A stretch of DNA of 28,126 bases from a virus. Lineage: Duplodnaviria > Caudoviricetes. The stretch spans positions 1 through 28,126 of IMG/VR virus record IMGVR_UViG_3300020374_000996, one strand, 5' to 3'. Every line of letters starts with the position of its first letter. Positions within the stretch are counted from its first letter, which is position 1. A program made the translations under genes and the position numbers. Positions 25,303 through 28,126 of the stretch are shown here, in pieces. Below the pieces are notes generated by a model. That model was not told where the DNA came from and searched no databases. It saw only the letters and a program-made list of their open reading frames with translations.

Positions 25303-25308
25303 ACATAT

Positions 25309-26004
25309 ATGTTAAAATTAGCAAATTACTCGGTAAGTCCTGTATTGGAAAATATCAACGTTGAGTTTGATGTTGGACGTACATATATTGTTATGGGTGC
25401 AAATGGTGTAGGTAAAAGCACACTATTACATAGCATCATGGGTAGACCCGATTTAGAAGTTAGTGGTAGCATACAATTTAATAATGAAGATATATTAGAA
25501 CTTGAGGTAGATGAAAGAGCAAGGCTAGGTATGTTTGTTGGGTTTCAACATCCTACAAGTATTCCTGGATTAAGTAACTTCCAATTTATTAAACAAGCAT
25601 TAAACACAAAAGGATCAGATATAAAACAAACTTTAGAAAACTTTAAAGGAATAAGTCATTCTTTGGGACTGCCTGAAGGATGGGACAAAAGAAATTTGAA
25701 TACAGATGCTAGTGGTGGCGAAAAGAAAAAGAATGAGTTGATTCAGATGAATATGTTGAAAACTCAACTAGCAATGTTAGACGAACCTGATAGTGGTTTA
25801 GATGTTGATGGTATAAAAGCATTATCCAAACAACTAAATGAATGGCGTACAGCAGACAACACACTAATTGTTGTAACACACTATGAAAAATTAATTGACA
25901 GTTTAAATCCTGATGCAGTTATTGTGTTGAAGAACGACCATGTAGTTGGCGGCGACAAAGAATTAGCACAACGAATATTTGCTGAAGGGTTTGATAGTGT
26001 TTAA
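25309..26004 (+). CDS. sufC: Fe-S cluster assembly ATPase SufC
   Basis: GANGVGKST, ERARLG.F..FQHP, SGGEKKKNE, LDEPDSGLDVD, VTHY. Confidence 0.93.
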   Translation: MLKLANYSVSPVLENINVEFDVGRTYIVMGANGVGKSTLLHSIMGRPDLEVSGSIQFNNEDILELEVDERARLGMFVGFQHPTSIPGLSNFQFIKQALNTKGSDIKQTLENFKGISHSLGLPEGWDKRNLNTDASGGEKKKNELIQMNMLKTQLAMLDEPDSGLDVDGIKALSKQLNEWRTADNTLIVVTHYEKLIDSLNPDAVIVLKNDHVVGGDKELAQRIFAEGFDSV

Positions 26005-27274
26005 AAATTTATACAGCGACGAGTTTTTAGAAAAACAAGTAGGTTACGATAGTTTTTATAAACTTGAAGACTTATCAGATTATATCTCATCTACAAAATA
26101 CATCGGACTTTGCGAAGAACAATATGAGTACGCAAAGAAAATACCAGGTGTACATAATCATTACTTAGATAATTTAATCTATCTTAGAGAGATAGGTTTA
26201 CCTTCTAACAAATCTGAAAAATTTAATTTTAGTAATTTAAACAAACTAAAACAAATAGACATATTAGAAAAAAGTAAAAAATATGATCCTTTAGAAAATC
26301 TTGAAAAGTTTGAATGGGTTGCAAACAAAGAAAATTCGATTGTATGTAACGATGGTCAATTGATTCCAAGTTTTGACATTGGACAAAGGAAACCATTCAA
26401 TATACAAATACTAGACAACATAAAATATAATAAACAAAAACAAGATGAGTATATAAAAATCATAGAACCCACAGATGATTTTAGAAATTTAACATACGCA
26501 TTAACACCATTTACAAACGTAATAATTTTTCCAACAGGAAGTAAAAAACGTTTTGTTAGCAAACCTTTGGAAATGCATTATCTCAGTCTTACTGATGATC
26601 CTGTACTAGAAGCAAATACAAATATTATAGATATACAGTATAATACTTCTGTTAGAATAAAAGAAATTGTTTGGCCCACAAGTGGTCAAATGAATTATAC
26701 AACTTATATTGTTAGAGAAGGCAGTGAACTAATAATAGATAGAAGTACCAAAGACTGTGGTGGATGGGGAATATTTGACAGCAGATTTGTATGCCACCCA
26801 GGTAGTAAGATTACAATTAACTTTAGTAATGAAGGAAGTACATATCAACAAGAAAATTTTTATTTTAAATGCAGTAGTAATGTAGAAGTAAACTTACATG
26901 GTAGGAATGATATTAAAGCAGGTAATGACTACCATCAGTTTGTACAATTAAAAAGTCAAAATGATAACAATGCAAGTGTTATCGATATTAAGAATGTTGG
27001 AAGGGAAAATGTCAACACTAGTTTTATAGGTAGATATGATGTTAGTCCTTATAGTATTGGGTTTAGTGGGGATATGAATAACCAAAACTTAATGCTGACA
27101 AAACAATGTAAAATGCACACCAGACCTATACTGGATATACATACCAAAGAAATTGAATGTTCACATGGTTGCACGATAAGTAATATTAATAAGGACCATT
27201 TGTACTACCTTCAGAGTAGAGGCTTTGACAAGGAAAAGGCAAGTAATATTTTAGTGGATAGTTTCCTATGTTAA
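25997..27274 (+). CDS. sufD: Divergent SufD-family protein
   Basis: C-terminal RPILDIH..EIECSHGCT...YYLQSRG; GLP..KSEKF near N-terminus; position in cluster; GTG 25997 preferred start. Confidence 0.8.
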   Translation: MFKNLYSDEFLEKQVGYDSFYKLEDLSDYISSTKYIGLCEEQYEYAKKIPGVHNHYLDNLIYLREIGLPSNKSEKFNFSNLNKLKQIDILEKSKKYDPLENLEKFEWVANKENSIVCNDGQLIPSFDIGQRKPFNIQILDNIKYNKQKQDEYIKIIEPTDDFRNLTYALTPFTNVIIFPTGSKKRFVSKPLEMHYLSLTDDPVLEANTNIIDIQYNTSVRIKEIVWPTSGQMNYTTYIVREGSELIIDRSTKDCGGWGIFDSRFVCHPGSKITINFSNEGSTYQQENFYFKCSSNVEVNLHGRNDIKAGNDYHQFVQLKSQNDNNASVIDIKNVGRENVNTSFIGRYDVSPYSIGFSGDMNNQNLMLTKQCKMHTRPILDIHTKEIECSHGCTISNINKDHLYYLQSRGFDKEKASNILVDSFLC

Positions 27275-28126
27275 AAGCATACAAAAAAGCAAAACAAATT
27301 AAAGAGATTAGGAATTGTTTTCCTAGTCTAGCATATAGTGAGTTGACTTACTTAGACAATGCGGCTAGTACTCAAACAGTAGATAGCAGTATTAAAGCAG
27401 TAAGTGATTATCATTACAACTATAGAGCCAATGTGCATAGGGGCGATTTTAAAACAAGTCAGATTGCAACGGACTTGTATGACGAAGCAAGAGTTGAAGT
27501 TGCAAAGTTATTGAACTGCGAACCTTTTGAAGTTGCCTTCACAGCAGGTACAACAGAAAGTTTAAATATGGTTGCAGAACATTATGCAAATGATGATAGA
27601 AAAGTAATTATTACACATTTAGAACATCACAGTAGCAGTCTACCTTGGATGAGACAAGATAGAAATACAAATAATGAAAAACTTATTGTATGTAAGGCAA
27701 CTGACGATGGTACTGTAAGTATCCAAGATTGGGTAGAAGTATGTGAATCAAATCCAGGAAGTATTGTAGCATTTGTTACTCAGAGTAATTTAACTGGACA
27801 CACATTAGAATGGCAAAAGATGGTAGCCATTGCTAAAGAAAATGATTGCGAGGTTATACTAGATGCATGTCAGAGCATTGCACATGCACCCATAGACACT
27901 CAGTTGAATAACATTGACTGGATTGCGTTTAGTGGACATAAGATGTTTGCCAGCACAGGCATAGGAGTTTTATTTCATAGAGGTGGCTTTGCAGACATAC
28001 AATCACGTTTAGGTGGTGGTACAATTAGTCATGTAGATTATGAGTCAGGTTATGTGCTTAACAATGATGTAAGTCAAGTAGAAGCAGGTACACAAAATAT
28101 TGCAGGAGTACACAGTATTGGTGCCG
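27268..28126 (+). CDS. sufS: Cysteine desulfurase SufS (partial, runs off the window; not in ORF track)
   Basis: YLDNAASTQ, ANVHRG, FTAGTTESLN, LEHHS, DACQS, FSGHKM (PLP lysine), EAGTQNIAG. Confidence 0.92.
   Translation, partial: MLKAYKKAKQIKEIRNCFPSLAYSELTYLDNAASTQTVDSSIKAVSDYHYNYRANVHRGDFKTSQIATDLYDEARVEVAKLLNCEPFEVAFTAGTTESLNMVAEHYANDDRKVIITHLEHHSSSLPWMRQDRNTNNEKLIVCKATDDGTVSIQDWVEVCESNPGSIVAFVTQSNLTGHTLEWQKMVAIAKENDCEVILDACQSIAHAPIDTQLNNIDWIAFSGHKMFASTGIGVLFHRGGFADIQSRLGGGTISHVDYESGYVLNNDVSQVEAGTQNIAGVHSIGA

Noticed and set aside
1-28126. Interpretation as a bacterial chromosome segment
   Set aside because: Housekeeping-like genes are out of their usual operons (clpX without clpP, clpS without clpA, rpmG without rpmB) and are mixed with a T4-type lysozyme, late-promoter motifs and phage-type ORFs

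Overview
AT-rich, densely coding fragment that looks like a large T4-like (probably jumbo) marine bacteriophage, most likely infecting a proteobacterium. The phage call rests on a T4-type lysozyme, TAAATA late-promoter motifs, near-consensus sigma70 promoters, a cUUCGg terminator and many short phage-type ORFs. Minus-strand blocks (1-3.3 kb and 21.4-22.2 kb) encode putative late/virion proteins. The plus strand carries many host-like auxiliary genes: UvsE, 7Fe ferredoxin, SleB-like hydrolase, thermonuclease, QueD, ClpX, ribosomal proteins bS21 and bL33, a ferritin-like protein, two cytidylyltransferases, a TorF-like outer-membrane protein, Hsp20, ClpS and a sufB-sufC-sufD-sufS Fe-S assembly cluster (sufS runs off the window end). 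Non-coding signals of note: four DnaA-box-like 9-mers at exact 11-bp spacing upstream of the porin promoter, repeated leaderless promoter-ATG architecture, a ROSE-like thermometer before hsp20, and candidate structured ncRNAs at about 5.3-5.4 kb and 22.4-22.8 kb. A ParB/DUF262-like + HNH gene pair resembles a split GmrSD-type nuclease. No tRNA, rRNA, CRISPR array or IS element was recognised. All calls are by eye; no database searches were run.
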